A DNA stretch of 30,021 nucleotides from Polyangiaceae bacterium (GCA_033763455.1 JANRKO010000040.1:1-30021); one strand, 5' to 3'; positions 1-8,898 are shown, counted from the stretch's first letter. Notes: generated from the sequence alone by a model not told the origin. A program made the numbers and translations.

Positions 1-141
1 GCCAATACATCCTGCGGGCCAATACATCCTGCGGGCCAATACATCCTGCGGGCCAATACATCCTGCGGGCCAATACATCCTGCGGGCCAATACATCCTGC
101 GGGCCAATACATCCTGCGGGCCAATACATCCTGCGGGCCAA
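1..141. repeat. Perfect 17-bp tandem repeat (GCCAATACATCCTGCGG) x8 plus 5 bp; probably continues left of the window
   Basis: Identical units start at 1, 18, 35, 52, 69, 86, 103 and 120, with a partial unit at 137. Degenerate copies lie at ~171-187 and ~213-228. Confidence 0.97.
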
Positions 142-300
142 CGTGCCAGTAAAACCCTTTGTGCTAGCGGGCCATATACAACCTGCGTCCGAACGTGTCG
201 CTACAAACTGCTGTCAATACAACCTCCGACGCTCGAAAGGTCTGACGCCGAAGACGAAAGGAACTCTTGACCGCGGCCGTTAACCCCCTTCCGCAGCTCT

Positions 301-330
301 CGCGAGTACTTTGCATGCTAAGTACTCGCG
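301..330. repeat. 30-bp near-perfect palindrome CGCGAGTACTT-T-GCATGC-T-AAGTACTCGCG
   Basis: 11-bp perfect arms around a GCATGC core with a single T/T mismatch; a second, imperfect copy at ~475-500. Confidence 0.9.
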
Positions 331-504
331 CCACCGCCGGTAACCCTCCTCCGGAGCTCTCGTGATAATCCACATGCTACGCTGCAAACTCCACCCCACC
401 GGTTAACCCCGCTCCGGCCACTTTCTACTTCGCATGCCAATTATCCCCCGCAGCACCCTCCTCCACCACTCTTCGCAAGTACTTCGCATGCTAAGTACTC
501 CCAC

Positions 505-715
505 CACCGCCGGTAACCCTTCTTCCGCAGCTCTCGCGACACCGCCGGTAACCCTTCTTCCGCAGCTCTCGCGACACCGCCGGTAACCCTCCTTCCGCAG
601 CTCTCGCGACACCGCCGGTAATCCCCTTCCGCAGCTCTCGCGACACCGCCGGTAACCTTCTTCCGCAGCTCTCGCGACACCGCCGGTAACCCTCCTTCCG
701 CGGCTCTCGCGACAC
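505..715. repeat. 34-35-bp tandem repeat x6 (CACCGCCGGTAACCCTTCTTCCGCAGCTCTCGCGA)
   Basis: Units start at 505, 540, 575, 610, 644 and 678 and vary almost only in the central pyrimidine tract; there are no unique spacers. Confidence 0.95.
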
Positions 716-808
716 TTCGTATGCTTCGTATGCTAAGCATCTTCCGCGCAGCCGTTAACCCCTCTCCGTGGCAGCTTTTCCGAGCGTGCAGCGCTCCGCT
801 TGCCTTCA

Positions 809-1810
809 CTATTTCCGTGCGCAGCGAGCCCCAATCACAAGATAGTGGTTTTCCGGATAGTCTTCCAATTCGGCTGAAGACTTAACGAGAACGTCAAGGT
901 TGTTCCAGGCGCCGCCACGCAACGCACGGAGCTCTCCAGGGCCGAGGGCTGCGCAGTCTACACAAGGATTCGGGTAGCTGCGCGACTTATCCAACACCCA
1001 CTCTCGCACATTCCCAGCCAAATCTGCGTGGCCGTATTTGCCGTTACCGCGAGGCTTGCTCCCCACCGCGACCAGATCTGTCACTTTACACCCAGGCTCA
1101 CCATCACCCAAACAATCCTGCATCGAGTAATAGCTCGCGTATTCGGGGTTGATAGTGGTGTCCGTTGGCGGCACTGACCACGGGTATTCACGCTGTTCGT
1201 TGCCTGCTGAGGCCGCAATATTCCATTCAGCAAGTGTTGGTAGCCTGCCACCATCCCACGCACAGAAGGCAAATGCTTCGTACCAATTGAGGCACGAAAG
1301 CGGCCGTGTTTCATTGCCGCCAGGCGCATCGGTCCAGGTTTGGACAGTCCTATCGCACTTTAGCTGAAGCTTAATGCTTGCTGCACTTTCTCCGATTGGC
1401 CACGCTGGGTCCCACCCTGAGGCCGCAATACCTGAGTGAGCTCCCAAGCCGGCGGAGAGGCCACCTTCCGCGCGCCAGGCATCATAGGCGTCGAGAAACT
1501 GCCGAAACCGCCCCACAGTAATCTCGTACTTATCGAGACGATAGCTTGAAACTGTAGCAGGAAGTGCCGGATCGTTATTCCGAAGAAAGGAGCCGCCAGG
1601 CACCTGCAAGCTCTCGCAGCAATCACCGTCGCCTGTGGGCCCGCAAGTCTTCGGGAGTTGGGCGCAACTTGGGGGTGCTGTAGGCAGCAATGGAGCGTCG
1701 ACGTTGGGGGATTCACTGCACGCACCCGCGGCAAGCACCAATAGGCCCAGCGTCAGCGAGCCTCCGCCAGGACCCTTCTTAAGCTTGCAGCACTCAAGCG
1801 TTGCTTTCAC
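809..1810 (-). CDS. FGE-sulfatase (SUMF1/C-type lectin fold) domain lipoprotein
   Basis: Motifs LDKYEITVGRF, WYEAFAFCAWDGGRLPTLAEW, DLAGNVREW, RALRGGAW and IGARCAR; lipobox-like LAAGAC. The catalytic Cys pair of true FGE is not evident. Confidence 0.9.
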   Translation of the reverse strand: MKATLECCKLKKGPGGGSLTLGLLVLAAGACSESPNVDAPLLPTAPPSCAQLPKTCGPTGDGDCCESLQVPGGSFLRNNDPALPATVSSYRLDKYEITVGRFRQFLDAYDAWRAEGGLSAGLGAHSGIAASGWDPAWPIGESAASIKLQLKCDRTVQTWTDAPGGNETRPLSCLNWYEAFAFCAWDGGRLPTLAEWNIAASAGNEQREYPWSVPPTDTTINPEYASYYSMQDCLGDGEPGCKVTDLVAVGSKPRGNGKYGHADLAGNVREWVLDKSRSYPNPCVDCAALGPGELRALRGGAWNNLDVLVKSSAELEDYPENHYLVIGARCARK

Positions 1811-1860
1811 CTCGACACCCTAGCACGAACAGCTTCTGCCTTCCGCTTCCCGTCTGCGCG

Positions 1861-3063
1861 TTATTCGTGGCGCAACGCTTCGATAGGATTCATTCGTGAG
1901 GCTTTTCGGGCCGGAAAGAAGCCAAACGCAACCCCGACCGTTGCGGAAAAGGCGAATGCCACTCCGATGATCTCGGGCACAATGGAAAATGGCAAGCCAA
2001 GTGCACGCGCGCCGCCATACGAAGCCAGGAGGCCCACCCCAACACCAATTATCCCCCCCAGTATCGAAAGCGTAACTGCCTCGATCAAGAACTGTAGCAG
2101 CACTTCCCTCCCACGCGCCCCAATCGATAGCCGAATACCGATCTCGCGTGTGCGCTCCGTGACAGAAACGAGCATAATGTTCATGATCCCAATACCCCCC
2201 ACGAGCAAGCTAACTCCAGCAATGGCCCCGAGGAGCGCCGTGAGGGCGCCAGTGACGCGGCCCAGCGTATTGCTGATCTCTTGCATGTCTTGCACCATGA
2301 AATCATTGGCTTGACCCGGCACAATGCGGCGGCGTTCACGCATAATGCTCTCTATTTGCTGCTTCGCTTTCACCGTCAGTCGATCACTCGCAGCGCTCAC
2401 GAAGATGCTTCCAACATCGGTGTTGCCGGCAATGCGACGCTGAAAGGTGGTGAGCGGTAGCACGACAAAATCATCCTGATCTTGCCCAAACGTGGAAGGC
2501 CCTTTGGCAACTAAAACCCCCGTCACTAGGCACGAAACCGAGCCCACCCGAATGGACGCTCCGAGCGCATCTTGCGCACCAAAAAGCTCTCTTTTCACAG
2601 TGGCGCCGAGAATGCACGCACTTCCGCCTTCAAGCTGTGCTTCAGAAAATAACTGCCCGGAGCCAAGCTCAAAGCGCCGCACGGAAAAATACGCGTTAGT
2701 TGATCCTGTCGCGACTGTGTTCCAATTCCTGTTGCCGTATACCACCAACACTCCGCGGCTCGCTGCCGGAGCCACGGCGGCCACGGCCTCTACGTCGCGC
2801 TCAATGACACGCGCATCCTCTGCTTGGAGTTGCGGCGCAGACCCTGAAGTTGGGCCTCTACGATCACTACCTGGCATTACAATGAGCAAGTTGGTACCCA
2901 TGCCAGAAATCTCTTGCGTGATTTTTCGTGTCGCGCCTCTGCCCAGCGTGACCATCGCGATCACAGAGGCCACGCCAATCACGATACCAAGAGTGGTTAA
3001 TACGGAACGCAGAGTGTTCCTCCTGATCTCCCGAATCGCCATCACAATGGTTGCCCAGATCAT
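1861..3063 (-). CDS. ABC transporter permease, MacB/FtsX family
   Basis: RSVLTTLGIVIGVASVIAM, GGIGIMNIMLVSVTERTREIGIR and PARKASRMNPIEALRHE are MacB-family signatures. Confidence 0.96.
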   Translation of the reverse strand: MIWATIVMAIREIRRNTLRSVLTTLGIVIGVASVIAMVTLGRGATRKITQEISGMGTNLLIVMPGSDRRGPTSGSAPQLQAEDARVIERDVEAVAAVAPAASRGVLVVYGNRNWNTVATGSTNAYFSVRRFELGSGQLFSEAQLEGGSACILGATVKRELFGAQDALGASIRVGSVSCLVTGVLVAKGPSTFGQDQDDFVVLPLTTFQRRIAGNTDVGSIFVSAASDRLTVKAKQQIESIMRERRRIVPGQANDFMVQDMQEISNTLGRVTGALTALLGAIAGVSLLVGGIGIMNIMLVSVTERTREIGIRLSIGARGREVLLQFLIEAVTLSILGGIIGVGVGLLASYGGARALGLPFSIVPEIIGVAFAFSATVGVAFGFFPARKASRMNPIEALRHE

Positions 3064-3773
3064 CGGGGAGCCTGCCTGTCCGCTTCTATCTTTCCGTCTT
3101 TGAACACTATGACACGGGATGCATATTGGGCAATATCGTGCTCGTGGGTTACCATCACAATCGTAAGGCCACGCTCTTGGTTGAGCTGTACCAAGAAGCT
3201 CATAATCTCGGCCTTTTTTGCCGAATCCAAATTGCCGGTGGGCTCGTCCGCGAGCAACATTTGAGGGCGTGTAACCATGGCACGCGCAATCGCAACGCGC
3301 TGTTGCTGCCCTCCTGAGAGCTCAGCAGGAGTGTGCAACGCTCGATCTTCCAGGCCTACTTCGCGTAGAGCCTCAAGCGCTAGCCGGCGCCGCTCCGCGC
3401 CGCCAACTTTTCGATAGATCAGCGGTAGCTCGACGTTTTCAAGGGCACTCGTGCGCCCCAACAAGTTAAACCCCTGAAACACAAAGCCAAGATAGTTCCT
3501 GCGGAGCAGCGCCAACTGATCCGCGTTTAGGGCACCTACGTTCACTCCGCGAAACAGATATTCACCAGCCGTTGGCACATCCAAGCAACCCAACACGTTC
3601 AAGCACGTGCTCTTACCGGAGCCGCTTGCTCCTGTAACCGCCACAAACTCTCCATCGTGGATCGACAAGCTTACGGCATCCATGGCCCGCACCTCCGAAT
3701 CCCCCCGGCCGTAGATCTTGCTTGCCCCGCGGAGCTCTACGAGCGGAACTGCGCCGGATCCTTCGCTCTTCAC
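3060..3773 (-). CDS. ABC transporter ATP-binding protein (MacB/LolD-like)
   Basis: Walker A GASGSGKST, signature LSGGQQQRV, Walker B LLADEPTGNLD and H-loop VTHE; 4-bp ATGA overlap with the permease gene. Confidence 0.97.
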   Translation of the reverse strand: MKSEGSGAVPLVELRGASKIYGRGDSEVRAMDAVSLSIHDGEFVAVTGASGSGKSTCLNVLGCLDVPTAGEYLFRGVNVGALNADQLALLRRNYLGFVFQGFNLLGRTSALENVELPLIYRKVGGAERRRLALEALREVGLEDRALHTPAELSGGQQQRVAIARAMVTRPQMLLADEPTGNLDSAKKAEIMSFLVQLNQERGLTIVMVTHEHDIAQYASRVIVFKDGKIEADRQAPR

Positions 3774-3810
3774 GCGAACCCCAACCCGCGAAAACAGCGA
3801 AGAATTCGCT

Positions 3811-5046
3811 TCAATGGGGCTCCTTCACATCCACCAAAACCTGCGCTCCAGGGCGAAGCCCACCTGCCTCCAAAAGCTCCGTGATGGCACCATCGGACGC
3901 CCCAGCACGCACCTTGACCGCTACGGGCTCCTTGCCGCGAAGCACCCACACCTGCTGCCGCTTCTCGCCAATTCTTACCGATTTCTTCGCAGCCTCAGCG
4001 GGAGCATTGGGCAGAGGCGGCGGCGTGAAACGCAGTGCTGCATTGGGGGCTGCGAGAACCTTTTTGCGCACGTCCGAAATAATGGTCGCGGTGCACGTCA
4101 TGCCGGGCTTCAGCAACTTTTCCATGTTGCTCACTTCAAGCACCGCTTGATAAGTGACAACATTCTGCGACGTCTTTGGCTCATTGTAGAGCGACACCAC
4201 TCGTGAAGTGAACTTCTTGTCTGGGTAGGCTTCGACCGTGAACGTTGCTTCGGCCCCCTCACGCACACGGCCCACATCCGCCTCATCAATATCCACCGTC
4301 AAACGCATGCGCGTGAGATCTTGAGCGAGGCGAAAAAGCACCGGCGTCGTGAAGCCGGCAGTAACCGTTTGCCCGGGCTCCACTAAGCGCGAAAGCACCA
4401 CTCCGTCTATGGGTGACACAATGGTGGACTTTTGTAGCCTAGAACGCGCTGATTGGAGTGAAGCCCGCGCCAAGGTGGCGTTAGCCAAGGCACTCTGCAA
4501 GTTTGCCTCCGCCCGAGCTTTGGCTGCAGTTGAAGCTTCTACCTCTGACTGCGAAGCAACGCCCTCCTTCGCCATGCGTTGGCTGCGTTCCGCGTTTGCC
4601 GTGCTCTCAGTGAGAGTGGCCTTGGCGAGGGCAATAGCAGCTTCCGCGGCCGCCACCTGGGCTGCTGTTTGATCGGCTGCTGCACGCAACTGCTCAGGAT
4701 CAATCTCAGCCAACACTTGACCCTGACGCACGATGGAATTGGTATCCGCGTTTACTTTCACTACCCTTCCCGTAACTTCGGCTCCCACTTCCACGGTGGT
4801 AAGTGCCTGTAGCGTCCCGGTTGCTCGAACCGTTACCCGGATGTCCGTCTGAATCAGAGGCTCAGACTCAAACTCAGGTTGCTTTCCTTGAACGCTCTTA
4901 CGAAACGCCTGCAGACCCCAGGCGGCGACCGCCAGCAACAGCAGTATTACGGCTCCCGTAACTATCTTGCGAAGCGTCGAAGATTTCGCTGCGCCAATGA
5001 CTCGTCGGACTTCCTCGGCAGGATCAGATTTCGCGTCCGCGTGCAT
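3811..5046 (-). CDS. Periplasmic adaptor / membrane fusion protein (MacA-like)
   Basis: N-terminal TM helix, VEVGAEVTGRV, Ala-rich helical hairpin, IVSPIDGVV and DIDEADVGRV. Start placed at ATG 5046 (upstream GGAG) rather than TTG 5148. Confidence 0.93.
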   Translation of the reverse strand: MHADAKSDPAEEVRRVIGAAKSSTLRKIVTGAVILLLLAVAAWGLQAFRKSVQGKQPEFESEPLIQTDIRVTVRATGTLQALTTVEVGAEVTGRVVKVNADTNSIVRQGQVLAEIDPEQLRAAADQTAAQVAAAEAAIALAKATLTESTANAERSQRMAKEGVASQSEVEASTAAKARAEANLQSALANATLARASLQSARSRLQKSTIVSPIDGVVLSRLVEPGQTVTAGFTTPVLFRLAQDLTRMRLTVDIDEADVGRVREGAEATFTVEAYPDKKFTSRVVSLYNEPKTSQNVVTYQAVLEVSNMEKLLKPGMTCTATIISDVRKKVLAAPNAALRFTPPPLPNAPAEAAKKSVRIGEKRQQVWVLRGKEPVAVKVRAGASDGAITELLEAGGLRPGAQVLVDVKEPH

Positions 5047-5365
5047 GCTCTCAACGTCTCCGAAAGGTGGGGCAAGCTCGAGTGTGGGGGTTTGGGGCCA
5101 TTCGTCCAGGTGCGGGGGTCCCGCTTCGGGTTGCACGCGGGGCGTCAAGATCGCTCGGCAGAATTCGCCAGCTCGCGTCAGGATTCAGCCTAGAAAGGCC
5201 GCGACGCAGCAACTGGGCGGTTTCGCGAGCCGCGAGCCCTTGCGCCGCCCCCCGATCCTGCTTTAGTCCCGCCGCCTGAATCGCCGCGAAGGCGGAGGGA
5301 AGCCGAGCTTCTTAAGCCGCTAGCGGAGGGTTCTGTCGTCTGTCGTTTGCGTGGAGGTTTCGTTA

Positions 5366-7855
5366 GTGTTCCCAAAGCTTCTTTCCTTAGTCCCTCGGTC
5401 CCTGCAGGTGCTTGCCACCTTCTTATGCGTCAGTCTGCTCTGGCCCGCCCTGGCACGCGCGGAGGAAGGTGATGCTCCCCACCGGGGCGGCGAAGCCAAC
5501 CTGATCGTGCCCGATCTGAGCAGCGTTGAAATGCTTGGCATGCCGGGGAGCACCCTACTCATGTGGGGCCTCGTCGTCTGTGTGTTGGGCTTGGTGTTTG
5601 GGTTCGTAACGCTGCGTCAAATTCGGGACCTGCCCGCCCATCGCTCGATGAAGGAAATCAGCCAAGTTATCTGGGAGACCTGCAAGACGTACCTGATCAC
5701 CCAAGGTAAGTTTCTCCTCATTCTCGAACTCTTCATCGGCGCCATTATCGTCATCTATTTCGGCGTGCTGATGCACAACGACGCCTTTCGCGTCCTCATC
5801 ATTCTTGCCTTCAGCTTGATTGGTATTGCGGGCAGTTATGGGGTTGCCTGGTACGGCATCCGCATCAACACCTACGCGAACTCGCGCACCGCCTTCGCAA
5901 GCCTCGCCGGCAAGCCTTACCCCGTGTACGCGATTCCGCTTCGCGCCGGGATGAGCATCGGCATGTTGCTCATCAGCGTCGAACTCCTCCTGATGCTCTG
6001 CATCCTGTTGTTTGTCCCTGGAAATTTGGCTGGTCCGTGCTTCATCGGCTTTGCCATTGGTGAATCGCTCGGTGCCTCCGCCCTCCGCATCGCCGGCGGT
6101 ATTTTCACCAAGATCGCAGACATCGGCGCTGACCTTATGAAGATCGTCTTCGGGGTTAAAGAAGACGACGCCCGCAACCCTGGCGTTATCGCCGACTGCA
6201 CGGGCGACAACGCCGGTGACTCGGTGGGCCCAAGTGCTGACGGTTTCGAAACCTACGGCGTCACTGGCGTGGCACTCATCTCGTTCATTCTGCTGGCGGT
6301 GCCCACCGAAGCCGTACAGGTTCAGCTCCTGGTGTGGATCTTCGCCATGCGCATCATGATGGTGGTGGCTAGCGCTGGCAGCTACCTCTTGAACGAGGCG
6401 TACCAGAAGGCCGTCCATGGCAATGCCGATAAGATGAACTTCGAGCATCCGCTCACTCAGCTGGTGTGGCTCACGTCGCTCGTTTCTGTGGCGCTCACGT
6501 TCCTCTGCTCCTACCTCCTCATTCCGGAGCTCGGCGACGGAACGCTCTGGTGGAAGCTCTCCATCATCATTTCCTGCGGTACCCTCGCCGGGGCGATCAT
6601 CCCTGAGGTGGTTAAGATCTTCACCTCTACGAACTCTGGGCACGTGGACGAAGTGGTCACCGCTTCCCGCGAAGGTGGAGCCTCGCTCAACATCCTGGCA
6701 GGCCTCACGGCAGGTAATTTCGCGGCCTTTTGGCTCGGAATCATCATCGTGGCGCTGATGGGCATCTCGTATGTTGTGAGCCTGCAAGGCGTTGACCTCA
6801 TCATGATCGCCCCAGCCGTTTTCGCCTTTGGCCTGGTGGCCTTCGGCTTCCTCGGCATGGGTCCTGTCACCATCGCGGTGGATTCTTATGGCCCTGTTAC
6901 CGATAACGCTCAGTCCGTCTACGAACTGAGTCTGATTGAATCCGTTCCCAACATCGAAGCTGAGGTCAAGAAAGACTTCGGCGTGACCGTGAACTTCGAA
7001 CGTGCCAAACACCTGCTCGAAGAAAACGACGGCGCCGGCAACACCTTCAAAGCTACCGCTAAGCCCGTACTCATCGGTACGGCGGTAGTGGGTGCAACCA
7101 CGATGATTTTCTCGATCATCATGGTCCTCACCCACGGCCTCAAGGACAACATGGAGCTTCTCTCCATGATGCACCCGCCATTCCTCTTGGGCCTCGTTAC
7201 AGGCGGCGCCGTGGTGTTCTGGTTTGCCGGAGCTTCAACTCAAGCCGTTTCCACAGGCGCCTACCGTGCCGTGGAGTTCATCAAGAAGAACATGCGCTTG
7301 GATGGGGGTGCCGAAAAGGCATCTGTAGAAGACAGCAAGCGCGTGGTAGAAATCTGCACAAAATACGCACAAAAGGGCATGTTCAACATCTTCCTCGGCG
7401 TGTTCTTCGGCACTCTAGCTTTTGCTTGCGTAGAGCCCTTCTTCTTCATCGGTTACCTGATTTCAATCGCAGTCTTCGGCCTGTTCGAAGCGCTTTACCT
7501 CGCCAATGCGGGCGGCGCCTGGGACAACGCAAAGAAGGTGGTTGAAGTGGATCTGAAGGAAAAAGGCACCGAGCTGCACGCGGCCTGCGTCGTTGGCGAC
7601 ACGGTGGGCGATCCATTCAAAGACACCACTTCGGTAGCTTTGAACCCGATCATCAAGTTCACCACGCTCTTTGGCCTGCTCGCCGTTGAGCTCGCCATTG
7701 AGCTCGAACGTGGGGTGAGCCTAACCCTCGCAGTGGCATTCTTCGCGGCCATGTTGTTCTTCGTCTGGCGCAGCTTCTATGCGATGCGCATTCGCTCAGA
7801 TGAAGAAGCTCCGGCTACTCCTGGCGCCGTGCCAGCAGCCGCCACCGGCAAGTAA
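5366..7855 (+). CDS. hppA: Membrane-bound ion-translocating pyrophosphatase, divergent K+-independent type
   Basis: GGIFTKIADIGADL, EDDARNPGVIADCTGDNAGD, DSYGPVTDNA, GNTFKA, GGAWDNAKK and GDTVGDPFKDT; many TM helices. GGAGG lies 8 nt before GTG 5366 (the ORF track starts at 5351). Confidence 0.95.
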   Translation: MFPKLLSLVPRSLQVLATFLCVSLLWPALARAEEGDAPHRGGEANLIVPDLSSVEMLGMPGSTLLMWGLVVCVLGLVFGFVTLRQIRDLPAHRSMKEISQVIWETCKTYLITQGKFLLILELFIGAIIVIYFGVLMHNDAFRVLIILAFSLIGIAGSYGVAWYGIRINTYANSRTAFASLAGKPYPVYAIPLRAGMSIGMLLISVELLLMLCILLFVPGNLAGPCFIGFAIGESLGASALRIAGGIFTKIADIGADLMKIVFGVKEDDARNPGVIADCTGDNAGDSVGPSADGFETYGVTGVALISFILLAVPTEAVQVQLLVWIFAMRIMMVVASAGSYLLNEAYQKAVHGNADKMNFEHPLTQLVWLTSLVSVALTFLCSYLLIPELGDGTLWWKLSIIISCGTLAGAIIPEVVKIFTSTNSGHVDEVVTASREGGASLNILAGLTAGNFAAFWLGIIIVALMGISYVVSLQGVDLIMIAPAVFAFGLVAFGFLGMGPVTIAVDSYGPVTDNAQSVYELSLIESVPNIEAEVKKDFGVTVNFERAKHLLEENDGAGNTFKATAKPVLIGTAVVGATTMIFSIIMVLTHGLKDNMELLSMMHPPFLLGLVTGGAVVFWFAGASTQAVSTGAYRAVEFIKKNMRLDGGAEKASVEDSKRVVEICTKYAQKGMFNIFLGVFFGTLAFACVEPFFFIGYLISIAVFGLFEALYLANAGGAWDNAKKVVEVDLKEKGTELHAACVVGDTVGDPFKDTTSVALNPIIKFTTLFGLLAVELAIELERGVSLTLAVAFFAAMLFFVWRSFYAMRIRSDEEAPATPGAVPAAATGK

Positions 7856-7905
7856 CCTACAAGTCAACAACAACGGGCGCTTCGTCGCTCGCTGCAACTA
7901 GAGAT

Positions 7906-7943
7906 ACCGGCCGGGCCCCCTCAAGGTCCGGCCGGTTTCTTTT
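7906..7943 (+). terminator. Rho-independent terminator after hppA
   Basis: ACCGGCCGGGCC-loop-GGTCCGGCCGGT stem followed by TTCTTTT. Confidence 0.85.
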
Positions 7944-8108
7944 GTTCTCGACGCCCGATCCCTCGACCTGAGGGTAGGTGAACAGGTCAAGGACAAAAAC
8001 GGTTGTGGATCTTGGACGGCACGAATCACTGGCCGTTACCGCCTGACTCCGGGGCCCCAGGCCACATCTTGCTTGTAGCAGCCATACTTATGTGGCAGTT
8101 TGGTATGG

Positions 8109-8351
8109 ATGAAGAAGACGCTTCACATTGACGAGAAGTTGCTCGAAAGCGCGCGTGCGGCGGTCCATGCCACCACGGATACTGAGACGGTGCGTTTAGG
8201 GTTGGAGGCTCTCTTGCGTGAAGCTGCGTACCAACGTTTGCGCGCATTGCGAGGGTCGGAGCCCGATGCTTCGGACGTGCCCAGACGCCGCGAGAAGCTC
8301 CCAACAAAAGTGCGCAAGACGACCAAAGTTTCGAAACGTCGGGCTGCCTGA
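8109..8351 (+). CDS. vapB: VapB-family antitoxin (ribbon-helix-helix)
   Basis: MKKTLHIDEKLLESAR...TDTETVRLGLEALL is an RHH-type N-terminus; its stop abuts the ATG of the PIN gene (TGA-ATG). Confidence 0.88.
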   Translation: MKKTLHIDEKLLESARAAVHATTDTETVRLGLEALLREAAYQRLRALRGSEPDASDVPRRREKLPTKVRKTTKVSKRRAA

Positions 8352-8729
8352 ATGGTCCTTGTGGATACATCTGTCTGGATCCGATTCCTAGCGAATCGCG
8401 AGCCGTACGCGTCCGAGCTGAGCGAGCTTTTGTCTCAAGGTGCGGTCGTGGGTCACGAGTTTGTTTTTGGTGAACTGCTCGTGGGGGATCGAGGCTCTCG
8501 AACCGAGCTGCTTCTGGCCTATCAACAAATGCATCAAGCACCGACAGTCTCGCACGCCGAGGTGACCCAGTTTGTGCAAGCTCGCCGGCTGAACGGGCGC
8601 GGAGTGGGCTGGCTCGATCTGCATCTAGGGGCCTCTGCCCTTGTTGGCGGCTTCCGGCTCTGGACGGTCGATGCTCGATTCTCGTCTCTTGCTGGCGAAC
8701 TCGGGGTTGCCTATCGATCAGGTGATTGA
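8352..8729 (+). CDS. vapC: VapC-family PIN-domain ribonuclease toxin
   Basis: LVDTSVWI, GEL, GWLDLHL and LWTVDARF give the PIN acidic residues; 125 aa. Confidence 0.93.
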   Translation: MVLVDTSVWIRFLANREPYASELSELLSQGAVVGHEFVFGELLVGDRGSRTELLLAYQQMHQAPTVSHAEVTQFVQARRLNGRGVGWLDLHLGASALVGGFRLWTVDARFSSLAGELGVAYRSGD

Positions 8730-8898
8730 ACTTTGTTCGACGTCGTGCCTCGAATGCGTGCGAGTATTGCCGTCCGCCAGAAAAGGCGTCGGTCCGTCGG
8801 TCCTATTACACCAGGTCGACCACATCATCGGGCGCCAACATAAAGGCTCGGACGATGTTCAGAATTTGTGTCTCGCCTGCATTCGCTGCAACTTGTTC
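8726..8898 (+). pseudogene. Frameshifted, truncated HNH endonuclease
   Basis: One frame gives VRRRASNACEYC and another gives HQVDHIIGRQHKGSDDVQNLCLACIRCN. Removing one copy of the 8-bp duplication at 8787-8802 joins them. Confidence 0.85.

Larger units (their letters stand above)
271..770. repeat. Degenerate composite repeat region of ~60-bp units (35-bp module plus palindromic GCATGC module)
   Basis: Module A (CC.GKTAACCC...CCGCAGCTCTCGCGA-like) at ~271, ~331, ~398, 505-712 and ~750. Module B (GTACTTYGCATGCTAAGTAC-like) at 301-330, ~372, ~425, ~475-500 and ~715-740. Confidence 0.75.

Noticed and set aside
505..715. 35-bp repeats as a CRISPR or other guide-RNA array
   Set aside because: The units abut directly with no unique spacers, and there are no cas genes in the window.
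164..809. Short minus-strand ORFs with repetitive peptides
   Set aside because: They are translations of the tandem repeats, open in several frames, with no independent coding signal.
809..930. FGE-fold C-terminus as a diversity-generating retroelement variable region
   Set aside because: The fold is a known DGR target type, but I found no template repeat, reverse transcriptase or Avd gene in the window. A remote template cannot be excluded without a genome search.
5270..5345. c-di-AMP or Na+/Li+ riboswitch upstream of hppA
   Set aside because: The similarity is superficial (GAATC...AGGG); the conserved 3' elements of these riboswitches are not present.
5555..7174. 539-aa antisense ORF within hppA (likewise 13360-14445 within amt)
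   Set aside because: These are shadow ORFs caused by strong codon bias in GC-rich sense genes.
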